DNA of 64,000 bases. Source: the human T2T-CHM13v2.0 reference genome, Homo sapiens. Below the pieces are notes generated by a model, which was not told the DNA's origin, made no database searches, and was given only the letters and a program-made list of their open reading frames with translations. The translations under genes were made by a program, and so were the position numbers. Where the stretch lies: the NCBI RefSeq assembly GCF_009914755.1, contig NC_060932.1; one strand, given 5' to 3'. Below, piece by piece: positions 1 to 18,161 of this stretch (positions within the stretch are counted from its first letter, which is position 1; each line of letters begins with the position of its first letter).

Positions 1-521
1 GGTTGTAATTCTGCAAAAAAAAGTTACAAAACTAAAGTAAAAAGCTGTTATTAATCTTAGATAATTTAAGCAATAAGGCTATTAAATCATTAATTCAGAC
101 CAATTGGATTTTTTTTTCAGAAACTTAAAGACATTGTCTATATTGAAATAAAGGGATGAAATTTGAAACTTTGATTTCATTTTGTCTTGTTGATGTCTAG
201 ATTTAAAGACAAAAACAATTTAAAGATGAATTAGAAGGAAAAATTCTACAGAGACTATGTAAGAGAAGAGAAATAACAGTAGCTAAATAATGGATAATAG
301 GGCAAAATATGTATGAATTATGATTAAGCAACTTACCAAGAGATTCAATGTATATATAAAATCCAAGTAGTACTGATTTACTTCTCAACATATTGTTGCA
401 GCAGACATGGACTAGCTGTTCATTAAACCTGTCACCTTTCTCCTGCCTTCCTTGTGATTAGATGTGATCATAGTATTGCACTCTAGTGCAAACAGGGCAG
501 AAATGGAACAGTTTAGTAGAA

Positions 522-865
522 TAGTTGGCCCTCCATATCCATGGCTTTTGCATCTATGCAGTCAATCAACCATGGATTGAAATATTTGAACAAAAAAAAT
601 ACACGGTTGCATCTGTACCAGATATGTACAGACTCTTTAACTCTTGCCCTTATTCTCTAAAAAATTACAGTATAACCACTATTTACATAGCATTTACCTT
701 GTTATAGGTAGTATAAGTAGGCTAAAGATGACTTAAAACATAAAGGAGAATGTGCACAGGTTATATGCAAATATTAAACCATCTTATATAAGGGACTTGA
801 GCATCTGTGCATCTCGGTGTCTGCAGGGAGTCCTCCCGTTCCCCAAAGATACCAGGGGATGGCAT
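522..865 (-). mobile_element. MER2 (TcMar-Tigger MITE)
   Basis: agttggccctccatatccatgg...ggttatatgcaaata...ataagggacttgagcatc...gataccagggga matches the reverse complement of MER2, with degenerate TIRs. Confidence 0.8.
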
Positions 866-1062
866 ATAAATCCCTTACATGAGCAAATTTATCAACTGCT
901 GCCTGGATGTTGACACCTGAGGCAACTTCCGAAGTCATGTGTTGATGCTAAGCCTTCATTATTCTTGGTGTCTCTGATAGAGTGTTTAGACAGAGCTCCT
1001 CTATCCCACCACAGCGGCAAGAAATAAAATCAGTTGTGTTAAGCCATAGGAATTTCTGGTTT
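866..1062 (+). mobile_element. Old MaLR LTR remnant (MLT1-type), probably continuing upstream of MER2
   Basis: gaaataaaatcagttgtgttaagccata resembles the MLT1 LTR 3' end. Confidence 0.4.
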
Positions 1063-1072
1063 CATCTGCTTC

Positions 1073-5430
<4,358 letters not shown>

Positions 5431-6039
5431 TATACATCTCCTTCCTTTATTAACAACTCTATATTATATGCATTTTAATGTTCATGATCCATTTATATGT
5501 TTTTGTAATACTAACATAGTGACATATTTTTGTGAATGTGACTATACCAAATTTTCTGCTACTTTCCAACTGCACACAAGGATCTAAAAATTAATAACCA
5601 AGTAGAGACTGCGCAGTAATCATGTAAGGCTATGTAACTGAAAGGTTTTAAAAAAGTCAGTACTATCAAACTTTTGATTACCAGTGTTGTAAAATGAAAT
5701 AGACTCAGTAAAATGAAGCTCATTCCAGGAAAAAAGGAAAAAAGTCATGTTTTTAAGAACAAACATATATAAATCCTCTGTAATGGGTGTGAAAGCCGAA
5801 TTATTGAGAGAGTTCGTTCTCCAGTTTTAAAACCTGATAAGAAAAATGTAGTAGAGTTAATATTTTTAGAATTTAAAATCTTAATAAGTTATCTTACTTT
5901 AAGGATGAGTTAAAGTCCTTGACTGTCCATATCAAGTCCTTCCCTTTTCAAAAACTCGAGGATAGATGAATTTAGACAGTATTCCCACAGTTGGTGGTAC
6001 TGACTGATAGGCATCTTCGTAAATATCCAGTTGGTATCT

Positions 6040-6381
6040 GATCTTCAGTACTGTAGGAGGGGCCTGGTGGAAGGTGACTGGATCATTGGGGCAGATTTGC
6101 ACTTTGCTGTTCTTGTGATAGTGAGTGAGTTCTAACGAGATCTGGTTGTTGAAAAGTGTGTAGCACTTTCCCTTCACTCTCTGTCTCTCTGTCCTCCCAC
6201 CATGTGTAGATGTGCTTGCTTTCCCTTAGCCCTTCCACCATGATTTTAAGTTCACTGAGGCCTCCCCAGTCATGTCTCCCATACAGCATGTAGAACTGTG
6301 AGTCAATTAAATATCTTTTGTTTATACATTCTCTTGTCTCAGGTAGTTCTTTATATCAGTGTGAGAACAGACTAATGCAGT
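6040..6381 (+). mobile_element. MaLR LTR (MSTA-like), 5' end degenerate
   Basis: ggggcctggtggaaggtgactggatcat...tgatagtgagtgagttct...agaactgtgagtcaattaaa...gtgagaacagactaatgca. Confidence 0.82.
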
Positions 6382-8477
6382 ATTACCTCTTTCTTTCCTC
6401 AAATATCAAAGTTCAAATTTTGTAGGCCTCTAAGAAACATTATATAGCAGTGCAGCTGTAAAATGAGCAGGAAAGGTTGGGAAGGCAAACCTTAGGCACA
6501 CCTGTGCAGACGTAAACCTGCTGAAGGCTTAGGTTTACTTCTACACAGGTGTTTTCTGTAGTATGGCACCAAATGGACATGTCAGTTACAGAAAGCTAAC
6601 TCTCCAAGGTCAGCTTAAGTCCTGTCCGTTGACTCAAGTATCACACCATGAACACATTTAACTTAAATTAGGTGTATTCAGGAATGAGTGGGTTTGGATG
6701 CAGATGTCAATCACTTCACAGTGAATGATGAATTTAATTTAACGGTTTTGATGTCTCAGATGACATCTTTATCATAATTTGTCTCTTTTTGTTTTTTTGA
6801 CAGCCTGCTACCACAGCGTTGATAACCTTCCTGGTTATCTCCTTATGTTAGGCAGTGAACTTCCTGACAGTAAGCAGCGTAACTGCAATGTATTCTTTTT
6901 AAAGAATTGCAACTACGTGGTAAAATAGGATATACCTCTAGATATTATTCTGTCATAAGTTTTATATATTATTTTAATAGATAACCTGCTTTGCTTGGAG
7001 TATCCGTTTAAAATTATATTACTTCTGTAGATGCTTGTCTAATTAGGAAGAATCTTTGTGATATGTTTGTGTTTACATTGATAGCACCATTTTAACTTTA
7101 ACCATAGACAAGGAAATAATGTCCTATTGTTGCTCAAAATAAATCTTAACATTTTGCTGGACTTAAATTTTCCAAGTCTCATTCAGGCAATGTATATCTT
7201 TCAAAACCACTATCATGATACATATTTTCTATTTTGAATTAATTTGCATGTTTTAAAATAGTTAATGATGTTAACTGTTTTGCTGATTCATTCCACAAAA
7301 ATAAAAACTCTTAAAAAAGGCATTATTTGTATTAGGGTTGTGTATATAGGTGTGTGTGAATATGTTTATTTTAATAAAACTATTTTGTAATTCACTTAAT
7401 GGTCTTTAGCTAGAATTTTCAAAAGGTATGACTATTAGCAAATTGATAGGAAAGTAGATAACAATGAAGTAAGGGTTACTGGCAGCCTAAGACACTGTTT
7501 ATCTCTTTTAAGGTAGATAGAATGCAAATTGCCTTCATTAGCTGAGCAATGTGCTGTGGAAAATGTGCTGGGTACTTATCAAGAGGCTCTTTCATTTGCA
7601 TTTTTGCTAAATAAACAAGCTGTTCTGTTTCCCAGCTCTCAAGAGCTCTGAATAGAAGAGAAAGAAAGTAATTCAGGTAAGTAAGCCAGGGGGCATTCCA
7701 GGACTAGATTAAAGAAAAAAAAAAAGTTTATCCATGAAGATGTCAGATTTGTGCCATGCATATTTGTGATACAAAAATAGTTTCACACACAGTTAGAATC
7801 GAGGATGTACAAATGAATTAATTCTCCCCATAGCCACCAGTACCACAAGCAAAGATAGAGGCTGTTCTTTTGATAAATGATCAATACTTCAGCCTGACAC
7901 TACTCTAGCTGCCCTGCTGTTGCTGGTTAAAAGTTTGAATTTCAATTAAGCAGTAAATCTTTTTGGCATTACATCTCTAACAGTCAATTAATGTCTCCCT
8001 AATCTCTTGAAATTCTGAAACACTATTATTTTGCAGGGTCCTTTCCTTCAGGCTCATTCACCAGCAAAGTGTTCTTGTTAGACAGGTAAAGACATAGTTT
8101 CCTCCAAATAAAAACTCAAATATTAAACAATTGTTTTGTTTAGATTTTTTGGTCATTCGTCTATGCGTAAAGAATGTTACACTTCCAGAGTTGTTAGGAC
8201 ACATATTTAACATAATCCGGAAGTAGACTGATGAATACTCTCAGCCAAAAGTGCATTGACGTGATTGTCCCCCTTAGGCCACGTTATATTTCAGAATTTC
8301 TTCCCACATATACATTCCTTGGAAAAATTCTTAAATCATACAAAACACATAAGCATTCTAAGCACTGATCACACTCAAATCAGTGTAAACATTATCACCT
8401 CTTGTCATAAAATCTCCCTGTAGATTTTTTCCCCAAAACATTTTCTTTATTTTCAGAGTGTTGGTTGATGCCTAAAA

Positions 8478-8619
8478 GCTAGGTAATACTGTAATTCCAG
8501 CAACTCAGGAAGTTAAGGTAGGAGGATTGCTTCAGCCCAAGAGTTCAAGTCCAGCCTGGGCAAAATAGCGAGAACCCCATCTCTAAAAAAAAAAAAAAAA
8601 AAAAGAAAGAAAGAAAAAA
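8478..8619 (+). mobile_element. FLAM/Alu monomer
   Basis: tgtaattccagca...ggaggattgcttcagcccaagagttcaag...ccccatctct followed by poly(A). Confidence 0.8.
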
Positions 8620-10090
8620 CCCAGCTAATAAAGTGTATAGCTAAAGAATCCATGCAACCTTCTTCATGGAGGACTTCAATATTTTAAGACAAAATATAGG
8701 GAATTTGATAGACATTTCTTTCATATAGGATTTTAATAATTTTAAATTTAAGAGGTCACAAAGCCAAATTAACACATCTTCAAAACTACAGATTTACAAT
8801 TGTTTTAATGATTAGATCCATTATTGCAATAAAATAAATTTTTATCTTTTCAGAATATCAAAAGAAAATCTTTCCCCTGGAAGTAAATGCAGCCTGTGTC
8901 AGTAAAATTCTACCATTATAAGTGCTATTCTTAATCAAGCATTTCTTATATTATTTAAAATAATTTTAAAATTGACTTGAAGAAGTCTGAATTATTTCAC
9001 TAGAATCCCTGTGTGATTTTGAAAAAACAAAACAAACATATTTTATTTTAAATGATTTATGTGTCAAACTGGTATGCCCCAACTACCATGTTCCAGATGT
9101 TTTATTATTAGATGCTCAGGTATAGAGTACGTTAAACATGCATGCATAAAAAGCACTTCTACTTACAATGCTTACAGACCTGCAATATAAACTATATGGT
9201 AAAAACAAGTCTACACATTTTTGAACTAATAATTAGCCAGCATGTAAACATAAGTCTGTTTGCCTCCAAAGTTTTTGGCTTTTCATTCTATTATACTAAA
9301 ATCTTCCACTAGTCTTCAAACCTGTTCTTAAAAATGTAATAACAATTTAATAATACAGCACATGCAACTATTAATAACCATTTGAAAAAATCACCTTACT
9401 GCTATATACTTTATTTTATTTTGGAAAACATGAACAGTTATTTATTATATTTTTTCTTTGAAATTGATGTTATTTTAAATTTAACTCAACCTAATTTATC
9501 CTATCCAAAACACGAGAGAACCCTGGGTATCCTAAAACTGCAAGGCTATTAATTACACTAATCCAGCTAACTGAACCCTCTTATGAACAAACAAAGCTTA
9601 ATGTCATGACTAGGGTTAACTTATCAAGGTGAAATTAAGAGTTTTATTACATGATTAGTTGTCATTAAAGAAATGTACACTTATAGTTGAATAACATTCT
9701 ACAATCAGAAGAAAAATAAGTCTTCACAATAAAAACTGGGGATATGGCTATATAGAAATCTTATAATTCTATGATCCTATAACTGCAAATTTTTTAAAAC
9801 ACAGAATTGAATTATGCATTGTTGACTAGGAAGAAACACATGCCTCTTATATTAAGTAACCACTCTCATATTAAGTAACTAAAAGTTATTGAGATTTTTG
9901 ATTTTTACATAATTTTTGCATATCAGAATAATTGTAAGGATTAGAAAACTGATGGATAGTTAGGATAGAGTTGCAAAAAATGATCTTTGGTAAAAATTAA
10001 GATGTAATGAAAATATAATAAATTATATAGTCCCATCAGATTGGGAGACCAATGAAATGGATGAGAGACAAAAGAGAAGGAGCAAAAAAT

Positions 10091-10093
<3 letters not shown>

Positions 10094-10135
<42 letters not shown>
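10094..10135. repeat. (AT)21 microsatellite
   Basis: Uninterrupted AT run read directly. Confidence 0.95.
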
Positions 10136-10137
<2 letters not shown>

Positions 10138-10140
10138 TAA

Positions 10141-10275
10141 TTTTAATTTTTTTTAAACAGAGGGAGTTTGTTTAAAAAACAGACCCAGGCTGGTATTGAA
10201 CTCCTGAGCTCAAGGGATCCCGTCTTGGCCTCTCACAGTGTTGGGATTACAGGTGTGAGCCACTGCGCCCAGCCT
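10141..10275 (-). mobile_element. FLAM_C/Alu left monomer
   Basis: gaactcctgagctcaag...gggattacaggtgtgagccactgcgcccagcc. Confidence 0.82.
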
Positions 10276-10318
10276 GCAAAAATTATAGACTGGAAAGTTA
10301 ATAATAGAATAGAAACTA

Positions 10319-10635
<317 letters not shown>

Positions 10636-11072
10636 GAATAGAAAATAATGTAGAAAAGATATAGTAGAAGCCAGACTGCAGATGCTAATCCGGATTAAAT
10701 TACAAGTAGAAACATTGGGATAAGATGCAAAAAAAACAGCAGAATTTTCTTAATATGTATTTCATGACTTAAATACTGATTATAAAATCTTTTAAGGAAT
10801 CACATTGTGAAGAAGACAAAACTTACTTTAGAGTATTTATAGATACAGTATAAGGTTCTAATCTTTAATCAAAGGAACACATATATAACTATATTATCTA
10901 ATGACCCACACAAATTCTTATCCTAAAATGCTATAAAATATGCTTACATATTGCTTTGGAATTTTAAAAGTAAATTTAGGATCTATACCTTAAGTTTGTA
11001 AATTGTTAAATCTCTTGGTTATTCTGAAATAATAATAGAAATATTTACACTGTAAAACAAACATGTACTTAC

Positions 11073-11377
11073 CATCATGATTAGGATTTCCTAGTGTCCA
11101 TGGCTCATCTGAGTCAAAATGGGTATCTCCTCCAATTCCTGGTCCAGGGAAGTAGGCATGTGCCAAAAATCCTCCCTCTCCATCAAAGGGAGAGCTGTCC
11201 CCATGGAAACCAGATGCAAAAATAATGGTTATATCCACATCACGTTTGCCATTTTCTAATTCACTGTAGGGAACTTCTTCAAATGTCAGAGGAGTTACAT
11301 TCTGCCACACATCAAAGGCACGGCGAATAGCTTTACGAGTCTCAGGGTCTCCTACTTTTGGAGTTACGTTCTTTATA
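11073..11377 (-). CDS. MMP16: MMP16 coding exon 4, N-terminal catalytic (M10) domain with MT-loop
   Basis: Acceptor ctaactttcag|TATAAAG, donor CATGATG|gtaagt. 305 nt encoding [101 protein letters not shown](G). Contains HGD..PFDG.GG.LAHA and GD.HFD..E.W motifs and the MT-MMP insertion PYSELENG. Confidence 0.97.
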
Positions 11378-12278
11378 CTGAAAGTTAGAAAATATAATCA
11401 TCAGTATTGTTATGTATAAGCTAACTTAGTACAGGTTTTGATCGATTCAGTTAAGTAAAATATTAGAGAAAATAGTCATATTAAATAGGAATAACACGTA
11501 TTCATTCCTCTTGTCTCTACTGTTAGATTTCACTACACTGCAATCATTTAATTTTCTTCAGGATAGTATTCATGTACCAAAGTTTTAAATGAGAAGATCT
11601 CTGTAGAATGGTTAACAGTAGGGCAATTGGATCAATCAGTTACTTTACCTTCTGAATAAGAAAGAGAAAGGCAGATTTGCCACATGACCAAAGAGGCAAA
11701 ACAGTTTGGAGCTGAAATAAAAATTTCAATTTTTTCTAGTTATAATTTTTAGAGGCACACCATTGTATTTGCACACATCCATTTCAAACAATGTCTTTAT
11801 GCTCTTCTTGATCTGTAAATATGAATTCAGCAGATATATAGTTATTTCTTAATTTGTAACGAAATGATCAAAGAACTACAATTTCTGATGTTCTATTGTT
11901 TCTTATTAATTCATTCTAGTTAAAAATGTATTGTGAGTAAACAGCTATTTAATACAAAGTTTTCACAATTACGTCAATTTAGTAACTTGGACATTATGTA
12001 CTTTAGTTTGTCCTGATGCTAATAACAAACACATTAAATCACTATAAATATTGTACTTGATTCATTTGGCACTAAATCAGATGTTTATTTTTTTCTCAGC
12101 TTTTTTCTAAACAACAAAAATGGAACTAGTATTTGTATTTTTTTATATTATAGCACTATAAATTCAAAGCATGCATGTGAAAAAAATGGGTAAATTTCAT
12201 AGGAGTCATAAATAAGTTTCAGATCCCTTCAACCAATAATGTCATATCTATGAACTTACACTAATGAAATATTTTTGA

Positions 12279-12410
12279 TTTTTTTTTTCTTTTTTAGAGA
12301 TGGATCTGATTGTGTTGCCCTGACTGGCCTTGAACTCTGGCACTCAAGCAATCCTCCCACCTTTGCCTTTCAAGGAGATGGGATTTAGGAAGTAATAACC
12401 ATGCCCAGCT
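12279..12410 (-). mobile_element. Diverged FLAM/Alu monomer
   Basis: tttttagagatgga...ttgaactctggcactcaagcaatcctcccacc...ccatgcccagct. Confidence 0.7.
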
Positions 12411-12721
12411 GATAAATAAAATATTTAATTACAAAAAAGAGGATACCATATTCAGGTGAATATATATTGAAATGCAATCATAAAAGAGAACTGAAACTGA
12501 AACAATTTAAAATGATGAAGTGATGGTTAAATTATGGCATCTCTAATGCATGTCATTGTATAAATAGGATTCAAAATTATTTTGCCCTTTTAAGACTTTT
12601 TATCAGCATGGAAAAACTTGTAGGATTAACTTTCCAGTGGAAAAAAATAATATGCATATTATATTTTTAACCTGATTCTCTGTCAATACAATTATAAACA
12701 TTGGGCAGGAATTATATAAAC

Positions 12722-12940
12722 TAATAATAGTATTAATTGAGCATTTACTATGAGCTAGATGAGCACTTCACATTATCTTATTTAACCTTCTGAGTAACTC
12801 AATGAGATGGGTATTTATACCTATTTTACCAAAAGCACAGTGGAGATTTATAAGAATTTTAGAGAAAAACCTCTAAGTGGCAGAGCTGGGTTTTCAATCC
12901 AAACATTTGGGCTAAAACTCTTTTGCCTTAAATTCTGTGT
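12722..12940 (-). mobile_element. MIR fragment
   Basis: ttgagcatttactatgagc...attatcttatttaacctt...atgagatgggtatt...ctattttac...taagtggcagagctggg. Confidence 0.65.
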
Positions 12941-13059
12941 TAGACCACATATCTAAGATAAATTTTTCACTATTTTCTAATAAATATCTAGATTATATTT
13001 ACATTGATTATTTGGTGGTAAATATTATTCATTACATAAAAGAAATAAGATAGCAAACC

Positions 13060-14420
13060 AAGTGGAAACAGAGTGCAGGCAAGGAAGAAGAAATGGCAAG
13101 TGAAAGGCATTGAAGTGAAGATATTCTTGGCAGGTTCAAAGAACAGCAAGGCAGCTGGTGTAGTTTGGTCACAGAGAGAGAGCAAGTGTCAGGATATGAG
13201 ATCAGAAAGTTAGAAGGAGACCAAATAAGGTAGGTCCCCGAAGGCCACTCTAAATAGAGTTTGGCTTTTGCTCTGAGAAATGAAAAACTGGAGCGTCATG
13301 AACAGAGACATGACATTTGACTTATGATTTAATAAATGTCTTGAGACATTATGTTGAAAATATATTGACGTAGGGCAAGATTTGAGGCAGGAAGACACAT
13401 CAGAAACTATTGCAAAAATCCAGGTGAGAGATGATGGTGCTTTGGACCAGGTTGGTACCAGTAGAGATTTTGAGAAGTGGTTGTATTTTGGATATATTTT
13501 GAGAATATGTCTCCCAAGATATACCAATGGATTAGACATAGGCTATGAGGAAAAAAGTAAGAGCTGAGGAAGACAGCATTTATTTTTTTGACCTGAGCCA
13601 AAGGATGGACAGAGCAAAAGAATTCATGCCTGCTCAGGGAGAAGGCTATGCAATATTTTGTTGCTATTGTTTTGTTAGTTTGTTTTAACTTTATGTGATA
13701 CTCAGCATGGTGCTATAAACTATATTTTGAGGAAGAATAAACATCTACACTGAGATAGCACAGACATTTGTCTACCTTGCTAGTCTCTAAATTTCTTGTC
13801 TAATGGCTAAAGAAGCATGAGAGGTAATGTAACACTGAATTTCGTCTAAATTAATTTTCCTAATAGTCTTTTATTTTCTATGCACCCTATGGGATTTCAG
13901 AACTCCCTCATTAGCGGGCTGATATTCCTATGACACATCATTGAAAGAACTTACTACATAATTGGCACTGTTCCAGGTGCCAGAGATACAGCTGTGGGCA
14001 AGACTCTGCTCCCACAGTGCTTATATATTCTAGTTATGAGATAAATAATAAACAGAAAAAAAAGATAATTTCAGATGGTGAGGGGGTGAGGAGATGATAA
14101 ACAGGAGTTCAATGGCAGAAGGAGCCAAAGATGCCTAGCACTGAGTTTCCAGCCAGAGGGAATGGTGAGAACGCCAAACAAACATGGCCAGTTCAAAGAA
14201 CCAGACTGCTCAGTGAGTTGGAGCAATCACAATCACTGTGTCTGATGGAAAAATGGATGATGGGACAAAAATGGGAGTAATAAAACATTTCAGAAGTTCA
14301 CATAAGAGAAGATAGAGACTAGGACTTGTGTGATAGCCATGGAGATATGAAGAATTAGTTTCAGTATGTGTTCTGAGAGAATTGTTCATGGGGATTGGTG
14401 ATGGATTTGATATGTAATGG
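13060..14420 (-). mobile_element. L2 fragments
   Basis: atccaggtgagagatgatggtgctttggaccagg...gagaagtggttgtattttggatatattttgag, and the L2 3' end at ~13940 (ggcactgttccaggtgccagagatacagc). Confidence 0.7.
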
Positions 14421-14669
14421 AGAAATTGATTTTGATTTCAAATAAAGAATAATCTTATAATAGAGAAATGAAATCATGGTAGTATGATTTGTTTCTAAGT
14501 ACATAATAGTTTTGAGAAAAATGAAGCAAAATAATATAATAAAAATAATGAATGTGGAGTACTATTTGGATTTGACAACACATCGCTGTGTTTTTCAAAG
14601 CTATGTACTGATTAGCTTCCAGATATGCTTAACTACATTATATATGATTACCATTAGTAAATACAAGAT

Positions 14670-14760
14670 ACCTGTACACCAAACCCTCATCACACGAGTT
14701 TACCTCCATAACAAACCTGCACATGCACCCCTGAACATAAAATGAAAGATTACAAAAAAG
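14670..14760 (+). mobile_element. Very short L1 3' end (old L1PA/L1PB)
   Basis: ctgtacaccaaaccc...gagtttacct..ataacaaacctgcacatgcacccctgaac..aaaatgaaag followed by an A tail. Confidence 0.7.
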
Positions 14761-15234
14761 AGAGTAAAAGGTTATGGATGCTGATGACACTGGGCCTAGG
14801 TTGAATCTGGGAAGTCAGTGCCCAGTTTCACATATGAAGGGTGGAGATAAAAAGGATCATTAAGGTTGAAAAACGTGAGCTGAAAGGAAGGTGTATTTTC
14901 AATAATAAATCAGAATAAATAGAAACTGACACTGCTTTATTTATCTTCTGGAGGCCCACTTAATTGTGGATTTTGGATAGAATAAAGATAGCTGGTTAAA
15001 CAAAATATAAAATTCTAAATTAAAAAATAGGAAAAAACATAATTATAGATATTATTTCATTTTTAATAGGTTTTGCTATGTAAAGTTAAAAGGACTGTTC
15101 AAAATGGAAATAAGCACTCAGTGGTCTTACTCGAATTAAACAAAGATGGAAAATTCAACAACATTACTTTAGGAAGAAAAAATACTTATTGCTCTTATTT
15201 AAATATATATGATGAATTTCAATGATATGATGCA

Positions 15235-15521
15235 TTTTTTTTTTTTTTGAGACGGAGTCTCATTCCGTCACCTAGGCTGGAGTGCAGTGGCACCATCACA
15301 TCTCACTGAAACCTCCACCTCCTGGGTTCCAGCAATTATCCTGCCTCAGCCTCCCGAGTAGCTGAGATTACAGGCACCCACCAGTACAGCCAGTGAATTT
15401 TTGTATTTTTGGTAGAGATGAGGTTTCACCATGTTGGCCAGGCTGGTCTCGAACTCCTGACCTCAGGTCGCCTTGGCCTCCAAAGTGCTGGGATTACAGG
15501 CGTGTGCCACCGTGCCCGGCC
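15235..15521 (-). mobile_element. AluS (Sx-like)
   Basis: Full Alu with a small left-arm deletion. TSD atatgatgca(ttttt) at 15225-15234 and 15522-15531. Confidence 0.93.
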
Positions 15522-16450
15522 ATATGATGCATTTTTAATTGTGTTCTCAATGATTTGGTAATGTTGAATTAGCAGTATAAATAATGTAAAAGTAGTAACC
15601 CCTCATTTTTTTTATGAAAGTTCAGAAAAAATTGTAGTTAAAATTTCCAATTTAGATGATTAAAATTACTAACTTTTTATAACACATACAATGTAGTGGT
15701 AATTTAATGATCTCTGACAACACATTTTATGTAGTAAAAAAATAAATAAATACAAGATATACAAGTATGCTTCAAAGTTAGAGCTAGAGTTCTGAACTAG
15801 GTGCAAACAAAAACAAGAGTTTAGAAACTTTTATGCCATGTATTTTGTATTTATAACTGAACTGAAGAGAGATGTATTTTGTATTTATTCATAACTGAAC
15901 TAACAAAGGTCACAGAGTGATCATGAGGTAATAAGATTGCTACTAACAATTCTAATAAAAATGCAGAAATGATTAAATATATTTGCAGAATAAAAGACAC
16001 TGACTTAAAATGAGTAAAAGTCTGAAAAACTTAATGAAGCTAATTTAATTTTAAAATATTTTTACTGGCCCTTTCTTTTTGTGAAAAGAGTAAAGTGAGT
16101 ATACTTCTTATTTTAACAGATGATAGATTTCATTTTTTGAAGTATATCTGGCATTTCATCATATTATTTCACTGATTCTTTCAAACTTCCATTTTGGTAA
16201 ATTTTGGAATTTTAATCTAAAAATTGTTAAATTTTATCTTTAATGACCATGCCTTACACAATCTTACATAACAAAACCAATGTCTTTATAAGTACAAAAG
16301 AGTTGAGAAAAGAGAAGCAAAATAATATAATAAAAATAAATGTGAAACAGGATTTAGATTTGGAAATAAAATTGATGTCTTATCATTAGATCAAAACAAT
16401 TTCATCTAATAACAATTTTACATATTAGTAATGGTTATAACTCTTTAAAG

Positions 16451-16755
16451 GTTTTTGTTGTTGTTGTGGTTAAGACAGGGTCTCATTCTATCACCCAGGC
16501 TGGAGTGCAGTGGCAAGATCACAGCTCACTGCATCCCCTATCTCCCTGGGCTTAAGGTAATCTTCCTGCCTCAGCCTCCCGAGTAGCTGGGACTACAGTT
16601 GTGCACCACCACGCCTGGCTAATTTTTATACCTTTTGTAGAGACAGGGTTTTGCCATGTTGCCCAGGATGGTCTTGAATTCCTAGGCTCAAGCGATTCAC
16701 TCACCTTGGCCTCCCAAAGTGCTGGGATTACAGTTGTGAGCCACCGGTCCCGGCT
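16451..16755 (-). mobile_element. AluJ
   Basis: Diverged dimer (gggtctca, ggctcaagcgat). TSD ctctttaaag at 16441-16450 and 16756-16765. Confidence 0.9.
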
Positions 16756-18161
16756 CTCTTTAAAGTATTTGATACCTTTTTAAAGTATTGTTTGAACCCT
16801 AATATTAGAAAAAAAACTCTAAATACTGTGGCATCTAATCAGGTTACAAATATCTCATAATATTATGTCAAAATATTTTTATATAAACAGGGCTAAATCT
16901 CCTTTACTCAATTAAATAGATAAAAATTAGTTATTTAGAAAGGCATACTAATGTTTTATGTAAAATGATTATCGGTTAAATAGAATTTACTACAAAAGGG
17001 AAAGCAGACAATTGCTAAGAATAAAAGAAGATAAACATAATATAGTTAAATTATTAACATTCCTGAATGTGCTGTAATATTCTATCCAAAGAAAATAAAA
17101 TAGACCAATTTACTTTTATTCATATTATGCTTGTCTAATTAATGGAGCTTCACAACTTTTTTCTTAAGTATGAGAAATGGTGACAAAATAGAAAGTGAAT
17201 ATGGAGTCCCTCCAGGAAACCTTCCTTACATTAAATATTTGGCTATTTCCCAAGATGCTGGCTTTCTAGGCAGGGCAGACTTAATTAAGTACATATTACA
17301 TTGGGTGTTGTTTAAGTGGGTTCTGCTTTTTCAGTCTGTTATGTATTCTCTGGAAACACAAGTTGAGTTCTCTTTGAACTCAACAGGATCATCAAGTTCA
17401 ATGAAGTCTTTGGGTTTAGAGAGAATAATGAAAAATGTTTCTGTGTAGGCATTTAAAAAAAATTACTTAGTAACCTCTTTTCTCTGTATACACTATTAAA
17501 GTAAAATAACTTCCAGTGTGTCCTCAGTTGTAACGGAGTCATTCATTTAAAAACAAGCGGAGCTAAAGGATTAATATACTGGAAAAATAGAAACTAATCA
17601 ATATAGCACTATTATATTAACTAATATATCATAAATACTCATATTCATCTGGCAATTTAGGTATCTGTCCCATTGGCCATTTGTCACACAAAATAACATT
17701 TTGGAACTTAGATTTCGAAGAGAAAAAGAACTTACTGTAAGTCCATTTTATTAATATTCAACAATTGGGAAATACAGATCTATTTGATAAAAGTTATATT
17801 ACTCAATAAGCTTCTATCACTGTCATGAAAAAAAGTTTAACCAAAGCCTGTTTGGAATTAATGAATTTATTCAACAACCAACTTTCCAACCATTACATAA
17901 ATGCGTACATAGTCTCTAATTTAACCTAAGTGAATACATTTTTGGTTTAAATACTTCCAAAAATGAAGATAACTCATATGATGTATAATTTAATTTTCCA
18001 ATCATTTAAAACATTAGATTTTTCTGAAAGCCTTTAACAATTTGAGAATAACTGGAAATTTCCCCCTTAAATACACTTGCCATGATGCTGAGAATGCTTA
18101 GCTTTAATCTTGAGTTGTTCCACATGCAGACTGCTTTCCAGCTCCCTTACATTTTGACTGC

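Noticed and set aside
15838-15901. Short tandem duplications (also 9844-9879 and ~21305-21358) resembling repeat-spacer arrays
   Set aside because: Only two units each in AT-rich mammalian intron. Ordinary slippage, not CRISPR-like.
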